From assembly GCA_051294905.1 (NCBI GenBank), contig CM119372.1, positions 12,834,001-12,898,000 of the forward strand: a stretch of DNA of 64,000 nt, written 5' to 3'. The stretch is from Botryllus schlosseri (taxonomy: Eukaryota). Every line of letters starts with the position of its first letter. The first letter of the stretch is position 1. Positions 1 through 14,200 of this stretch are shown piece after piece. Under the pieces are notes generated by a model that worked only from the letters and a program-made list of their open reading frames with translations, did no database searches and was not told the DNA's origin. The position numbers were made by a program, and so were the translations under genes.

Positions 1-3000
1 GTAAAATTTTGCAATCCATATTAACATGTTTATAAGCCCAATATTGCTCGTGAATTGACTTTCTCCCAAAATAAAACCGAAAAGATTATTCAGATGATGG
101 ATGTATGTACCGTGTACCCGTACCGTTCAACAAAACTTGATCAATATTAGCCTAGCAGCAGATGTACGTAATCGAAAGTCGCCGTTTAAATGTGTAATAT
201 GGATAACTTTCGGGGTATCACAAAACAGACTATTTTCAGAACGTACGCATATTATTAAGTGTGTGGAAATTTGACGGTTATTTCGAAAACACTAATTTGC
301 CAATCCACCCCTAGCTGAATTACAGTTAATTTCAGATATTACGAGTTACGACGCTTGTATACGCTATACGTAGTATCGTTGATAATATTATACAATAACT
401 TATGTAAGAACTGGTTTCTGCTTGAATGAAATAAGAGTTATACGAAGGTTTGTGAAGCATCATGATCACATTTTGGGAGGTTAGTAACGGCTGGTAACAA
501 TGATCGTATAGAAACGTTGGATCACATTTAGTCATTAGTTTCGAGACAAACTTCATGTTTTTGAGCGACGGAATGACAGGCAGTTTGAAAATATTTTGGA
601 AACGCCAAGTTCTTACAATCACAAGCAATCGAGGTGTCAAAAGACGCATGGCGCGATGCACGTAAAGAAGAAACTGAAATTGCTTACAATGTTTAACGAA
701 GGGATCCGGAACAATTTCGCCGATATTAAAACCGCCCGGCGAAATTGCATGGCGGACAGTCATCACCAAGAAAATTTAAGATTAATTAGCAGCTTTGGTG
801 GCAATCGATCATTGGTATTATTTTTACTGTTTTTGAACTGCGCCTTCGTCATATCATGTTCCCACGTATAGTCTATAATTGGGACAGAGAAGCTGGAGTT
901 TATATTGCGTTTGGAGCGCAAAACGAAGTTCCCTATATATTGACGAAGAATTGAAGGAATTAACAACTATATTTATAAATGATGCGCTACCCAGCTTCAC
1001 CTGAGGGTCGCAGGATATGTTCCGTTTCAACCTAACACGATTTCTTAAAGTCGAAAACTTCAGATCGCTGATATTTAAATAAATTTATTGGGGGAATTGT
1101 CCGATGAATAAATGAAATAAAAGGTGTGAGCATTATCGATTTGCGAATCCTGTGCGAATCCGTTTTTAATCAAAAACAAATTCACGAAATACCTACATAT
1201 GATCGGGATGATCTACGGCCTACGCGGATGCCACCAATACGCCTGCTATATATTTCAAGTTCCATGGTACCATAAATGAGTTTAACTGATTGGAAGTGAG
1301 TAAACTAAAGATTCATCCGGTGTATTGCCATACCGCATCACCATGTTGTTGAGTAAGTATTTGTGACAGTTGAAATGTTATTTTCATGGCTGATTTTGAA
1401 GTGTGACCGTGATATACTGCGAGTGATGATGAGGCCATTTTCGATGAGGAAAGCAAGGAGATTCTGTGATCACGTGATATCTTATGCTGGACCTGAGTTT
1501 CTGTTCTGGTCTTGTTTAGTATCGCTATTCACCAATGCTTCAGTAATATTTGACCAGAGATAACTGGAGAAGATCCGGGGATAAGAGCCGGAGTGGATTC
1601 TTATGTGCTGGTAATCAGTCCTAATTGTACTAGACTAGAGTTTTGCGAAGACAGTAAAGCATTTTGTCGTTGGCGGGGTGATACGTCAGTATCGAGTCTA
1701 CAAGAGAAATTATCACACAAAATCTGCACTCTTCAAGAAGATGGAAATCGTTCTGTCCCTCATAAAAGCGTGATTAACTGATTAAAATACCACACATTGC
1801 TAATAAATTTGTTTCAAGTCCATGATTTTGGGATAGTTCATGGGTATGCATATACAGTATGGCAAGGACAAACAAGCACGGCGTTATAATACGAATTTGG
1901 CAATTAGTGTATAAATGATCCATAGTTGGAATAAAATAGTTGGGGATTACATTCCCTGACGTTGAGATCGCATGAAAACGCTCCCAATTTCACGGAACTC
2001 GATTTAATGAGTCACGACTCAATGTACGAAGTAGAAACGATATATTGTCCGCGACCAATACTCACAATCAGGCAAAAATAATTGAATGAAAGCAAATTTC
2101 GCGGGTTCCTTTGATTGGGCGATAATTCACATCGGCGCGGTTTCAATTCGGACCCCACAGCATCGGTAATGTCGCCCTCAGATTAGAATAAAGAATCTTC
2201 GCGCAACTCCAGTGCCTGTCGCTCGACAAGCGCGTTATTTACGCTACATGGATAGTAAGCCATAAATCTGATCAAACTGCAATCCGGGCGGGCTGAGCGG
2301 CATAACGGAATAGTAAACAATTAGATTATTGCTACGACGTCACGTGCGGTACTGGGAACCAGAATCCAGCGGTTATTTTCGATGCAAAGAGTCATAGTTT
2401 GAGCCAACCCAATGTCGTTAGTGACGTAAGTCAAGTTGACAATACACATAATTACCACACAATGGCCTCTGTTGTACGACCAAGTGTAGCAACGAAATAT
2501 AATTAGCGATCGTTAGACCACATGAAATAAATTGCAGCACATAATGAAAGGTTGGTTTAAATATAGAGTTTTGAGATACTGATTTAGACTAAATATCAGT
2601 AATGTTGTACGGCTGTTGCGGGCGGACAATGACATAGACAGTGAACCGTCAAAAGCATTTCAAGATTCCGAGCCGTCGCAGGTGTGTATGACTTGTGACG
2701 TAGTTTCACCTGATAGTCGGCCGAATTCAACCATGTTTACCGAGCAATTATTCCCGTTTCCGTCTCAAGAATAAATGATTACCGGCTATAAAAGATTATG
2801 AGGCATTGTTTCTCAGCCATTAGTCCGGCCAGCAACTGCAAAAGATATTGTTCCTACCTAATATCGGTCAATTACATACCTGAAAATCCTACGGTATAGT
2901 TTCCACATTCTGATGTGTCATTTGTATACTCAAGAGGCATTCAAACTACCCATTTCTTGTGCTTTGATCCGTTTCGATGAAGGTTTGATCTTGCATGGAC

Positions 3001-6000
3001 CGGTAATAACGCTAAAGTACAATTAGCTACGCTGTGTCGGCCACATATAAGGAATATAGGAAGGTACTGAAACGCCAAAGAATGTCCTGCTGTTATAATG
3101 ACAATGAAATAAGGAATAGCTGAGATGTAATATGCAACCTAGAATCTCTCCAACAACAGAGTAAATATCTAGTTGCAATCTTTTCGAAGAGTATCTGTAA
3201 TTCTGTCCACGGTTGTCCAACGAAATTCAAGATTCCAAGTCTAAACGGTACTGTTAAATCAACAAATCAATCTTCTGTTACATTGAGGTGAAGACAAAAT
3301 CCTTCAGCACAGTACAAGATGTTTGACTAATCTAATATCCACGATTGTCACTCACGCGTAGCCTATCATGTATAGCCTCATCCATTGGCCTTAAGTTAAA
3401 ATACCAATGGCAATTTTTGACTAAAGGAATTACTGATACAGGAGAGGCGTGTGGTAATATAAAGTCGTGTTCTGTGACCGGCTCAGCGAGGTCCACCGTA
3501 ACGCCGGAGTCGAAAATATACGATCGAATAATTAGAGAGATTCTAACAACGATCCGTTCGAAGCTATGCTCTGCACTGCATAAACACACTCCATCTACGG
3601 TTGTGTCTACGCGTTGTCTTGGATCTATTATGCGCGAAAAATGTCACACAAAAAGTTCCCATATATTTCACCGCGATTAACTCAAAATAGTACTGTCCAA
3701 GCTGGCGAAAAAAAATGTGCGTCTTAATTAGGTTTAAGCGCGATTCCCCCGTCTTACAAACGATTTCAACACAGGGTTGCGCACTGCATCGTGACCCACG
3801 CAACTTTCCAAGAATAGTCACAATCGAGTGAAGTGACCAAACTCCAGCCCGGGAATGCAGGAATGCCTTGACGACATCATGACATAACACCGGCTGGTAC
3901 AAATTTTCCCACTACAACGATACCCATCAAGTATAGGGCGACCGAATACTCGCAAGCAGGCACTCGGCGAAAAAACGCTAATTTGATTAGGTCGCAATTC
4001 AGAAATTACACGGAGATCAATATGTAAGCTCATTACGGTACATGTGTATATCTACCCTAAGGTGTGTATGATTGTAACGTTTCTTATTCTTAGAAGATAC
4101 ACCATGAAACAATAAGTTAAGGGCACTTCGTTACAGATTTAAACGGCGAATTGGGTACCGATGAGAGATCGGATAATCACTTCATTTCAAGAGCTTGATA
4201 GAAGTTTGAAGTACCGGTATTACGCATACTCCACTAAAAACAACTAAACACATTGGAGTAGATTCAACTACAGCGGGAAGAGCGATTGCGTTTACTATAA
4301 TGATGTAAGCTTAAGAGGAAGATCGGGAGAAGTGTATACAGATATATACACACACAGGCCATTTTCGACTGCAGGGTATACGTCAGCGCGCGTGAGTCAT
4401 TAAACAAACTACAAGGTGTCTGATGGAGTCGAGAGGAGCCAATACCATAACCCCAAACGTATCGCGCACACAAGCTCAGAAACAAATGGGAATTGGAATG
4501 GTTTGATAGCCAATTATTGCTAGCGATATGGAAGCATTGTTGGTTACCAGCCAACAACGTCGTGATTCAGATATAACTTCTAGACAAGCCAAATCATCCA
4601 TTCATTCATTTCTTAATTAATCTTTTAAAATATCTGCAGCATTGTGGTGAGGCAGGAAGGCGTCAACCCCTACCGTTGCTGACTAAATAACTATATCAGT
4701 CAGTCGAATAACCGTATTAGTAACGACGTTGCGGAAGTTGATGTCGCATTCATAATTTCAACCAGGCGTGAAGGCACAGACAAATCAATGAAGTTGAAAA
4801 TCCCGAGATGAACCCATGAAGATGGAAGATGGTGAATCTGCTTGGTTCAGTACTCAGATAAATTCCCGCTTTACGGCAACCCCTACGATTCTTGATAGCG
4901 CATAAATGCACTGGGCACCGATCAAATCATATCCTGTAGTCACGTGCCGACAGTTAACTGTTTTGTGGTGATGGTTATCTGAACACATCTGATAACGTCG
5001 TGTATATAGTCTTGCGTGCGGTCATAATCGACAACGATAATTAGCTTACATGTGTCAGATTTTGCGGATGCTATCGGGTGAAATTACGACTGCATTTGAC
5101 TCGGGATGAATATCTAAACATCGGTAATCAGTTAAAGAAAATTCAAGGACGTAGCGTTGTTACCAATTTGGGCATTACATCAAGGAGAATCGTGGTAAAC
5201 GTGTTTTTGCATTCTAGCAAAAGCATGATCATTAGGTCTGTAATGATCGCCGATTTGATATGAAGAGATGAAACGGAACAATGTCAAATTTTTAATTAGC
5301 ATCATTACAACGACTGAATTACACTAAATACATATTGTCTCCTAATTAATGAGTATAATGAAAATGGATTTTTGGGAAGAGTTCCGATCGCGGCTGAGCT
5401 TGTCCAACATTTTATGAAACAATTTATTCACATCAATCGATGTCCTATTTTCAAGTTCACGAACCTTACATAACAGAGTAATAGTATCAATAGGTGGTGT
5501 GATGTCACGTGGTTAAAAATAGCAGCCCGCGTCAAGATGGTAACCAAAACCAAAGCAGATGCTCCGCCACCAGAAGAGGCTTATGAGAATTGGGGTGTAT
5601 TAGTGTTTCCTATTTTGTATATACGAGAGGCCAGCGGCGATAGCAAACTCAGTTAAGGGCGCGTTCTATAACGAGTCCTGATAATGAACCTGCCTTCGTA
5701 AAGTAATTGGTGGGTAATGCAAACTAGAAGGATCTGAGTCAGAGTTGGGCGATAGCGTGGAAGAAAACCGTAATGCACAAAGACAGCATTATCCAATTTA
5801 CCCGAGTCGATTGTGAGCGAAGTGTCAAATGTTTATATAACAACAACTAACGTCACACACAAGGCGAGAATATTCATCCGCATCACACGGTGCAGATTGT
5901 TATTACCAGTTGTTGCTGAAATTTTGAATGGGTCGCAAGTGTACAATCACAAAGGATTAGGATTCAATGTCACCATAGAGAACCCCTTTGTGTTCTAGAT

Positions 6001-7328
6001 CCTTTATTGATGTCACCAAAGCATTGGCGTGTGTATATCAAAAATATAAAACACTCAGCGACAAATCTTTGACTAAGTCGGAATAGGGGTACATTTCCGA
6101 GTGGTGAAACACAATCCTCAGCAGATCAATTAGGGCAGTGAGTTCAAGACCTTTTTCCATTTCGGTGTTTTTGCGTGTTCGAATATAATCGCCGAGGAGA
6201 AGAGCTGATGATTGTTTTAGCACCATTCTAAGCCACGGCTTTTCTGAAAATTGCGTCACAATCGTAGTGAAGTAATAAGCTAGTCTTGTTCCCTTATGTC
6301 ACGATGTACCACGCTGGAAATCGCTTACTTCAAATGCTTATTTTGAACGCCGAGGCTGAAATTGATCTATTTTCGCTGCCAATTTGCTTTTTACCAAGAA
6401 TAAGAAGTGGAGATTGCCCCAACACAAAAAGCTGGTGATAGTGTAACAAGGTGGATAGCGCCTTAGATAAGATCAACATTGCGAACTTCCATTTTATTCG
6501 TCGTCCTTCTAACCTCTAATAATCACGGCAATCTTGATGCGCTCTATTTTGTTCGCGATTCGCACAAAATTGCTGCCATACAGGAGTAGATTCTTTAGGA
6601 GAATCTTTGCCTTTTCGTATTTATAGACGAACCGAAAGTGATACTTTAAAGAAGAGGTCGGAAATTGCTCGTTTGCAGCCAAGAGAGATTGGAAAAGACC
6701 GGGAGAGAGCCGGAGAAGTTGCATATATCTCAATTACGAGCAGGATTGCTAATGATGCAGAATCTCATTACCGCACACTTACCGCGTTTCATTAGCACTC
6801 ACACGCTGCCGGCGACCATCTAATGGGAAGGAATAAAAGGAAAAATCGCTTTGACGCATGAATGACGCATGTGAAGGGAAGGGCAAAAGTGGTTAAGGCA
6901 CACACACTATCAACATGGCAACAATCTATGTGTTTACCAGACTAATCCCATTAAGTTACGTCACCGCTATGCGGTGAACTGTCGACCGTGGAAATCAGAT
7001 TATAGAAAACTCATATATGCAGCGACCCTGGCCCAGCGACACAATACCCGATTATATCTGCTCTATATCTCGCAGCTCGCACCCCGAACGACACACGTGG
7101 CGAGAGGCATGTTTGCGTCAATATACGCCAAGACAATGGGGAGGTGTACGGCTGCACGGTGTATCAACGTGATTCGTTGAAGACGGATTTGACAAAAGCT
7201 TTGAAAGTACACGCACCTCAGCGTCAAATGTCGTCATTGTTACGTGGCAAGAATGACGCAAAATCGGAAGCATTTACTAAAACATTCCGAAATTCTTTAC
7301 TGGCAAATATTTACTCTGATTATTATGG

Positions 7329-7660
7329 AAATGTTTCTTAACCTTTTTCTAGCGCGGACCCCTAAAATTGTTTAGATGGTTGCGTGGACCACCTAACCCG
7401 AATGGGAAAGCTTATGGCTGAAAAAGGTCATCACTTCCGTCATAGCCTCATAGTACCATCTGGTCGAGTTATTGCCTAAAAACCTATTTGACTACGAAAC
7501 AAACAAACAGACAAAATAGGGTAGGTCAATAATAAGGAAAGGTGTCATAAAGAAGCTACAAAATTTTATCATTATAGCTCGAACATTGACCTTTCATAAA
7601 CCCCTAGAGCTCGACTTCGGACTCCCAATGAGTCAATGGACCCCAGATTAAGCAGCCCTG
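7329..7660. mobile_element. Degenerate non-autonomous hAT (Charlie-like) MITE
   Basis: Left end aaatgtttcttaacct and right end agattaagcagccctg resemble the CAGTGGTTCTTAACCT TIR seen intact at 45314. Flanks tattatgg / tactacgg match 6/8 as a TSD. Internal gcggacccc and aaaaaggtcatcacttcc motifs. Confidence 0.55.
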
Positions 7661-7894
7661 TACTACGGCATTTTGTTGAGAAGTTTGTGATCTTATTTAG
7701 ATAATATCGGATATGATTCTCTGAAATTATTTTATTCCAAGCAAAAGCGATGTCAGTGAAAAGATATTAGTGAGTTAGTGAAATTATGTTATCATTTCAT
7801 TGCGACAACTGCACAACAGCAACCAAAAGGCATAAAGGAATGGATCTATAGCCGCCTGGCTATTGTTCATAGTTTCCACGATATTACTGTGAAG

Positions 7895-8281
7895 TAGGGG
7901 TTCTAGTCCGAGAAAATATAATTTTCTGAACTGCATAACCACGGTTACCGTCGACGTTGAACAAAAATTAATCGCAGTCAAAATTATGAGTAGCTTAACT
8001 ACGAATGTTGGAAAGCTGATGACTAAAAAAGGTCATCGCTTTAGCCCAATCACGTCATCAGTACCATAAGGTCTATTTGGTGCCTTAAAAGCTATCTAAA
8101 AAGTCATAACTTCCGGCCAGTTCGGCCTGTGTTGAGCACTGTAAATATACAAGAATGGACATAAGGACAATCTAGTTTTATAAAGTTGCAATTTCAACAT
8201 TGCCCTTTCACGAATCCCTAGAACTAGTCCGCGGACCCCAAGGGGTTTATACTAGACCCCAGTTCAAGAAAATAACCCCTG
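7895..8281. repeat. Second, more diverged copy of the 7329-7660 MITE family
   Basis: 8011-8281 aligns by eye with 7404-7660 (ggaaagct..aaaaaaggtcatc..agtacca..ccctag..ggaccccag..ccctg). No convincing TSD, and the left boundary is approximate. Confidence 0.45.
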
Positions 8282-11200
8282 TTATAGAGTTTCCTTTCTG
8301 CCTACACCCATGGGTAAGTTTCTAAGGATATACTAATATGAATAACTTTTCAAATGTAATTTTTCTAGTAACAGCACCCAGTCTGTTTCCGGTGACACAA
8401 TAGATATAGTAAATACACATCGCTGAAAATGTGCGGCCGTCCGTATGGAACCGCGGTTATGTACGTACCCTCCAATTTTCTCGGGTATCTCGATTGAAAT
8501 CATAGAAATAACAAAGTACTTATTCCGACGCGAACAAGAGCTCAAAAGATCAGATTTGTCACAGGTCACCAAAATAAAGCAATCGAATTCGATTTACACC
8601 AGCGCGTCGGTCCGCATATTTCTCACGATAAATAAACAAAATCAGAAAAAAGTCCATTAAGATCGTGTTAATAACACGGATCAAGACATCTCATTAGGGA
8701 ACGTATAATTTGCGATGCGCATTAGCATCGCACAAATGGTGGCGAAGACCAGATCTCCCAGTAGTGACATCTAGCTTTATGATATATTAGCTCGACTCTC
8801 CAATTTCAGGCTTGACATAAATGGGTGGACGTGGGCAAAAAATCGTGATGGATCTAGGCACGTCTTTTACAAGCGTAGAGTATTTGAAATATTGGTATAC
8901 GAGAGGCCGATTTTAAAGAGCGTTCGAATAATACGGACTAGCAATAAGAATCATAACAAGTTTGATATTTAGTGTAACCGAGACCCAACCCGAGACATCT
9001 TAGTAGCGAATGTGTTGAAATTTACCACCGAAAACATACTAGAAGTGGAGACGGTCTTATTTGGATACCTGGCCAATTCTAGATAATAGCGCACTCATGC
9101 GCAAAAAGAATTTGCATAATTATCACGCCTTCCAAATTCAAATTGGGTACCAATCAATTTGAAAACTGAAACACTTGTAATAGAACGTCGCGTTTTGTGT
9201 GAGAGCAACGCCCCGATATTCCAGATAAGATGTCATTTGGGAATTCCCGGTCGTTGGGACGCTATAGCGCTCGAGACATATTTGCAATATTACATTCAAG
9301 TGGCACTACAGATCGACGCCCGACGCCTTTTTCTCTTAAGAAAAAGTAACTGCCGTTACGTCACCGCGGCGCTGCGTCATAGCAGAGTCGAGTTGTTTAG
9401 TACGAATGGTGTCAAGGATGGGATACGAAAGGAAATACCTTCTCACCATACCCGGCAATGTTTGTTTTTGTTAGCAAACACTATAAATATAAAGCATAAT
9501 ACCTATATACACGATACTACAGATATAACACGCACAAACGTGAAAAAAAATCGATTTACGTCAGAATTAAGACTCCCAACTCCCATCGGCTCATACCCGC
9601 TAAGACTGCGCTCGGCACTCGACCCTCGAATTACGTCTTCAAAAGTCCTCGAGACACTTTCGACTGACGAGGCCAAATCTTATCGCGAACTGCGAAACCA
9701 CGAGCCAGCTGACGGCGGGCGTATTACGTGCGTTTGAGGATCGCGAGGGCAGGTGACTGCACTACAAAACTGTGATGACGAAAACGTAACAAATTCCGTG
9801 AGAACCTTTAACAGCGAGGTCAATTTCGCGCGGCGCGGGCGCTACAAGCCGCAGCGGGTGGACATCGATTTTCGTAATACCGTAGCAATAACGGATGGGT
9901 GGCGAAAAGTGCGGTGGCGGGCTATGTCCAATTGCCCATCTGGTGCAACACAAATGGGCTGTCGGTCGAGTACGACTTCAGAAACCCTTCCAAAGTGTTG
10001 GGGGTTTATCAAGACTCCTCAAGTCCTCGTTGCATAAGATCTGTGTCGCACAAAATCCTAGAAGTGAGCCGTGCTATCTATAAGTCGATAGCACAGAAAT
10101 AATAATAATAAGATCGGCCTGGTGTAATTTGACCACAGATGTCGAACCAACATGAATGCAAAGCAACAACCAAAACAAAGGCGGATTGTAAATCGGGCGA
10201 GTCTGAGGCCGGAGTTGCCGAAAATAAATCGGCGCGCGGTAAGGAGAAAGGTGCCATCCAAACGATACAGGACATTGTAAAAAAGGATCGAATCTTTTCG
10301 TTTATACTTTATCGGGCTACACGAGGCGATCGCTGTCGCGACAAAAATACCAACATCGTTTTACGATCGAGAGAGATAAAATTGAGATAACTTATTCGCG
10401 AGTCAGGCTTTTAATGAGGGCAGTATGTTGTGAGCTTTGGATTTTTGATTTCTGACTTGTAACGCCAGACAGTACCGGGGAGGGGGGATGAAAATACATC
10501 TGTTGCAGATGCACTGCATTCTGCGGGCTGCATCTGTACCGAATGGATGAATCTACAAAAAGCCAATTAAAGGTCGCTAATATACACTGGCAAGCGTAAT
10601 CCACCTTTTGCATTTTATTTATTTATTTCAGCGGTCGCAGCAGAGTGAGCAGCAAAAATATATGAGCTTCGTGCTTGTAACGAATACACGCGTTGCTGTT
10701 CTAATATTCAGGGTGGTTCCACTAGATCAGTTTACACCCTGGGTTGCATTTAAAACAAAATCAATTTAAAACAAATATGTTTGAAGCATGATATTTGACT
10801 GTTTTTTTGTTTTGTTGTCTTGTTAGCCATATTTTCGAGGGTTCCACTTCCAACAAGGGGCCTACGATAACTTAAGGCATCGTAGGCCCCGTCCAACACC
10901 ATTCCATATCGTATACGTCGACAAAATGTAGTGTAAGTAGTCCAAAAGTTCGTACTACGTTTTTCCGAAGCTATTTACACAATCATGTCATAGTTATACA
11001 ACTTCTGAAAGACAAAACATTTTGGGGGGAAATGGCATTTGTTTAAAACACTGTTTAAATGGTATTTGTTTTAAAACACATCTTGATATCTTATTTACAC
11101 CTGGTCCTTTAATGATTCATAATATAATTTGTCAACTTTTGGCGCGGACCATTTTCGTTTTACGCATTTGTAAGACACCGCGTACGCGGCGAATACACGC

Positions 11201-14200
11201 GTGGTCCGAAATCACGCGTAGCAAGCCGAACAGAATAAAGTTCGGAACAATTTCACCTCCAAAAATGAAAACTATTCAAATCATAGGGGTTGGTGTATAA
11301 ATTCACTAATCGCGACCGTGGATATATTTAGGTCGCGATAACGGGGTTAAAATATGTGAATTGTTGTCTCACGGAGCGAGTGAGATCAATAGCGTAGCCT
11401 ACTATACCCCGTAATCATTGAACATTGAATTATCATACAAGCCCAGCCTTTATTTAGCGTAATCAAGACATCTGTAAGTATACAGCTTGCCCCGGCACTC
11501 TTCGAGCAACTTTGACCAATGATGACTTGCAATGACGCATGATGACTTGCAAATCCTAAACATGGAGCGCGATCAGTGAAGATTATGGTGAATATCCAAA
11601 ACGCGCTACTGGAACATGTCATCCGCCGGTTTCCAAGGCTCGGAAATCTTCATTGGCGGGGACCTAAACGACCGATCGAATAGTTGCAAAACTGCAAAAA
11701 CTGTTATTCCCATTTATATACAAATTAAACCCAGTGTGGCGGTCTTAAAACTACATGAAGATTAGCAGTATTAATGCGCGATCGCTAATTCAAAATATCT
11801 ATGATCAACAGTTACTGGTTTATAAAGATAGCCCTAGCCCTAGGTCCACTGCTTCAAGACAACATCCTCATCTAATTCTGGCGATCTACGCAATCGGCTT
11901 TATAGTCTATATTGAACCATGACAGGATGTAGGACAGGAATATGATAGCATGTAATTCACGGATGCACAATGCTCATTGCACAGTATATAGAAAAATGAT
12001 GTATAAGCAACGAATCTAACGCAAAATCCGCTGCGTTATATCCCACAACTGGTTACATGCTGGCGGTGTGCTGATATGAATCTAGTATTACGTAACGTAT
12101 TACGTAGCTAAAGCGGCCCGCTTTGCTCTTTGAAGATATCAGTGACAAACCACCAGATAGGAATTTCAAATTATTGTGCATCCGCACGATTTGTTCAAAA
12201 GCCATGTACCGAAAAGCGACGCGCCGTACATTTAATAAACATTACATCCGCTCAGACCTGTTTCCGCTTCATTAATGTAAAGTTCGTCCCTTGAGCAAGA
12301 AATTGCTGTGATACGCAGCTCACGTTTTACCCACTGTGATGTCCTTCTATGGCGGAGTGTGGGTGATATCATAAACCCCTCAAATGATTCACGATATTTT
12401 AGCAGCATACTGTGATCCATACATAATCCGACTTTCTCAACTGCAGACAAGTCCAGGAGAAATGAGAGTTTATTTAAAGCGTGCGTCGACTTTAATGTTA
12501 CGTTGCCGGAATCGTTAATGCCGCTGCAAATCTAACGGCGAGATGAACTGAAAATAGTCTCGCCGTTACAAAAAAACAGCGTCCGTGCAGTGACTGTAGA
12601 CGTAGGTAATACGAACACGATACCGAAGCGACTAGTCATTGCCGTGTTCGTGTTCGGAAGGCCTATGCCTGGCGGAGGATTAGCATTATCGAATCAAAAT
12701 CCCGGAAAATCGGTATCATTACAGCATATCGAAGACATCTTTAACAATGAGCAGTGTCAAATTATGGGGTGATACCGGTCATGGCAATACTGAAATAGAC
12801 CGCGCCTTCTAAATCGAGCACGCACAAGGGCTTTCGTACACTGTTTTGATTTCAACTTCGGTAAACAAACTCACGAAAGCCAGTCACACTGAGGCCAGCC
12901 TGAACTCAAACGGCAGTGAACAATGAGCATGCCGAAGCCCAAAAGAGAAAAATGAATGGAATGGTCAACTCCACGATTTCGGCAATTATGGCTATATGCA
13001 CAATGCACATGGATGTTAACACACTAATATAACGTCACCCCCAGCAAAGCCGTCTTCTATCCATCCATATATACGAATTACAGCCCGGAGTTGCAAAATT
13101 TCTGATGGAAAGGAAAGCACGTGCTATGCGCCGGTTGCGCTAGAATTAGCGATTTGCAAGTTGATGACAAAGTACGAAATCAAAACCACACGATCATACA
13201 AACACGACGTTGTTAATCTACCGGGGTTACGGATTGCATTACATGTGATTTGGGTGGAACAGTTCAATGAATTTGTCGCGAAGAGATGCCCCTGCTCGTA
13301 TAGGCTGCTACATTCCGGGGATAATGTCAGGCAGTACACGTAGACATCCGGAATTGCTTGTTAATCAGATTAAGACTGCAGTGATGGCGCACTAGTGCGG
13401 TTCGGGATGTTTCGTCGACATTCACCACGCGTGGAGTACTGGAGATGCAGTTACCGCATACCGGAGTTACACAGTCAATCATAATTTTTCAACTTGATGA
13501 AAACGGATTTTTCGATATGGGTTGGACTTACTATAGTTTTGCGAAACAAATTTGAGATTTACGTTGAAAGAATACCGAAGACCTTGAATTTTGATCCACC
13601 TCCGGATACGGACGTGTATTAGCAAACGACATCCAATCAATCACGGATCCGATTACGGGCGTGGATTAAAGGCTCAAATTCGGGTACGCGATTCGTCAAT
13701 ATGGAATCAACCAATCGAGTATCAAAAGACAAAGACTGTCGGCAAAGAATGCTTCTCTCTTGTTAGGAGAAAGTAAAAAGAGGGTTGCATGTGCATGTGT
13801 GTAAGCGTGTTTCAACAGAAGATAATCACAGCAAATTCGGAATAAGTTCAAGTTTAACACAAGGCGATGTGATTATTGAAGCGGAAAGACATATTTACAG
13901 ACAGACGTCGCCGTCAGCCAACATCTGCACCCAGATCAGCTAAACGTGGGAAATTCGTGGGGTTGAATGAGCGGATGCAAATCTGGAATTAGAAAATGAC
14001 AGTTTGTGAAAGACTAAAATGAAATATTCGGCGCTTAACCGATATTGAGCGGTTCACGTGTACGGTACACGGCAAATACCAGCATACAATTCCGTAGTGC
14101 AGAGGTCCAAAACAGTCATTATCGAATATTAATTTGCCGAAAATGGCAGCGGGTTTATCCAGTGTTAGTAACGGGATATCCTCTTTTCACTTGGCTGGGC

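Noticed and set aside
712-748. 11-bp stem hairpin caatttcgccg..cggcgaaattg
   Set aside because: Isolated short stem with no U-tract, TSD or second copy; expected occasionally by chance.
9550-9800. FGF-like snippets (YVRIK..R..PAKTAL and GQVTALQNCDDEN)
   Set aside because: Different frames, wrong order for a beta-trefoil, and splice sites do not match FGF phases.
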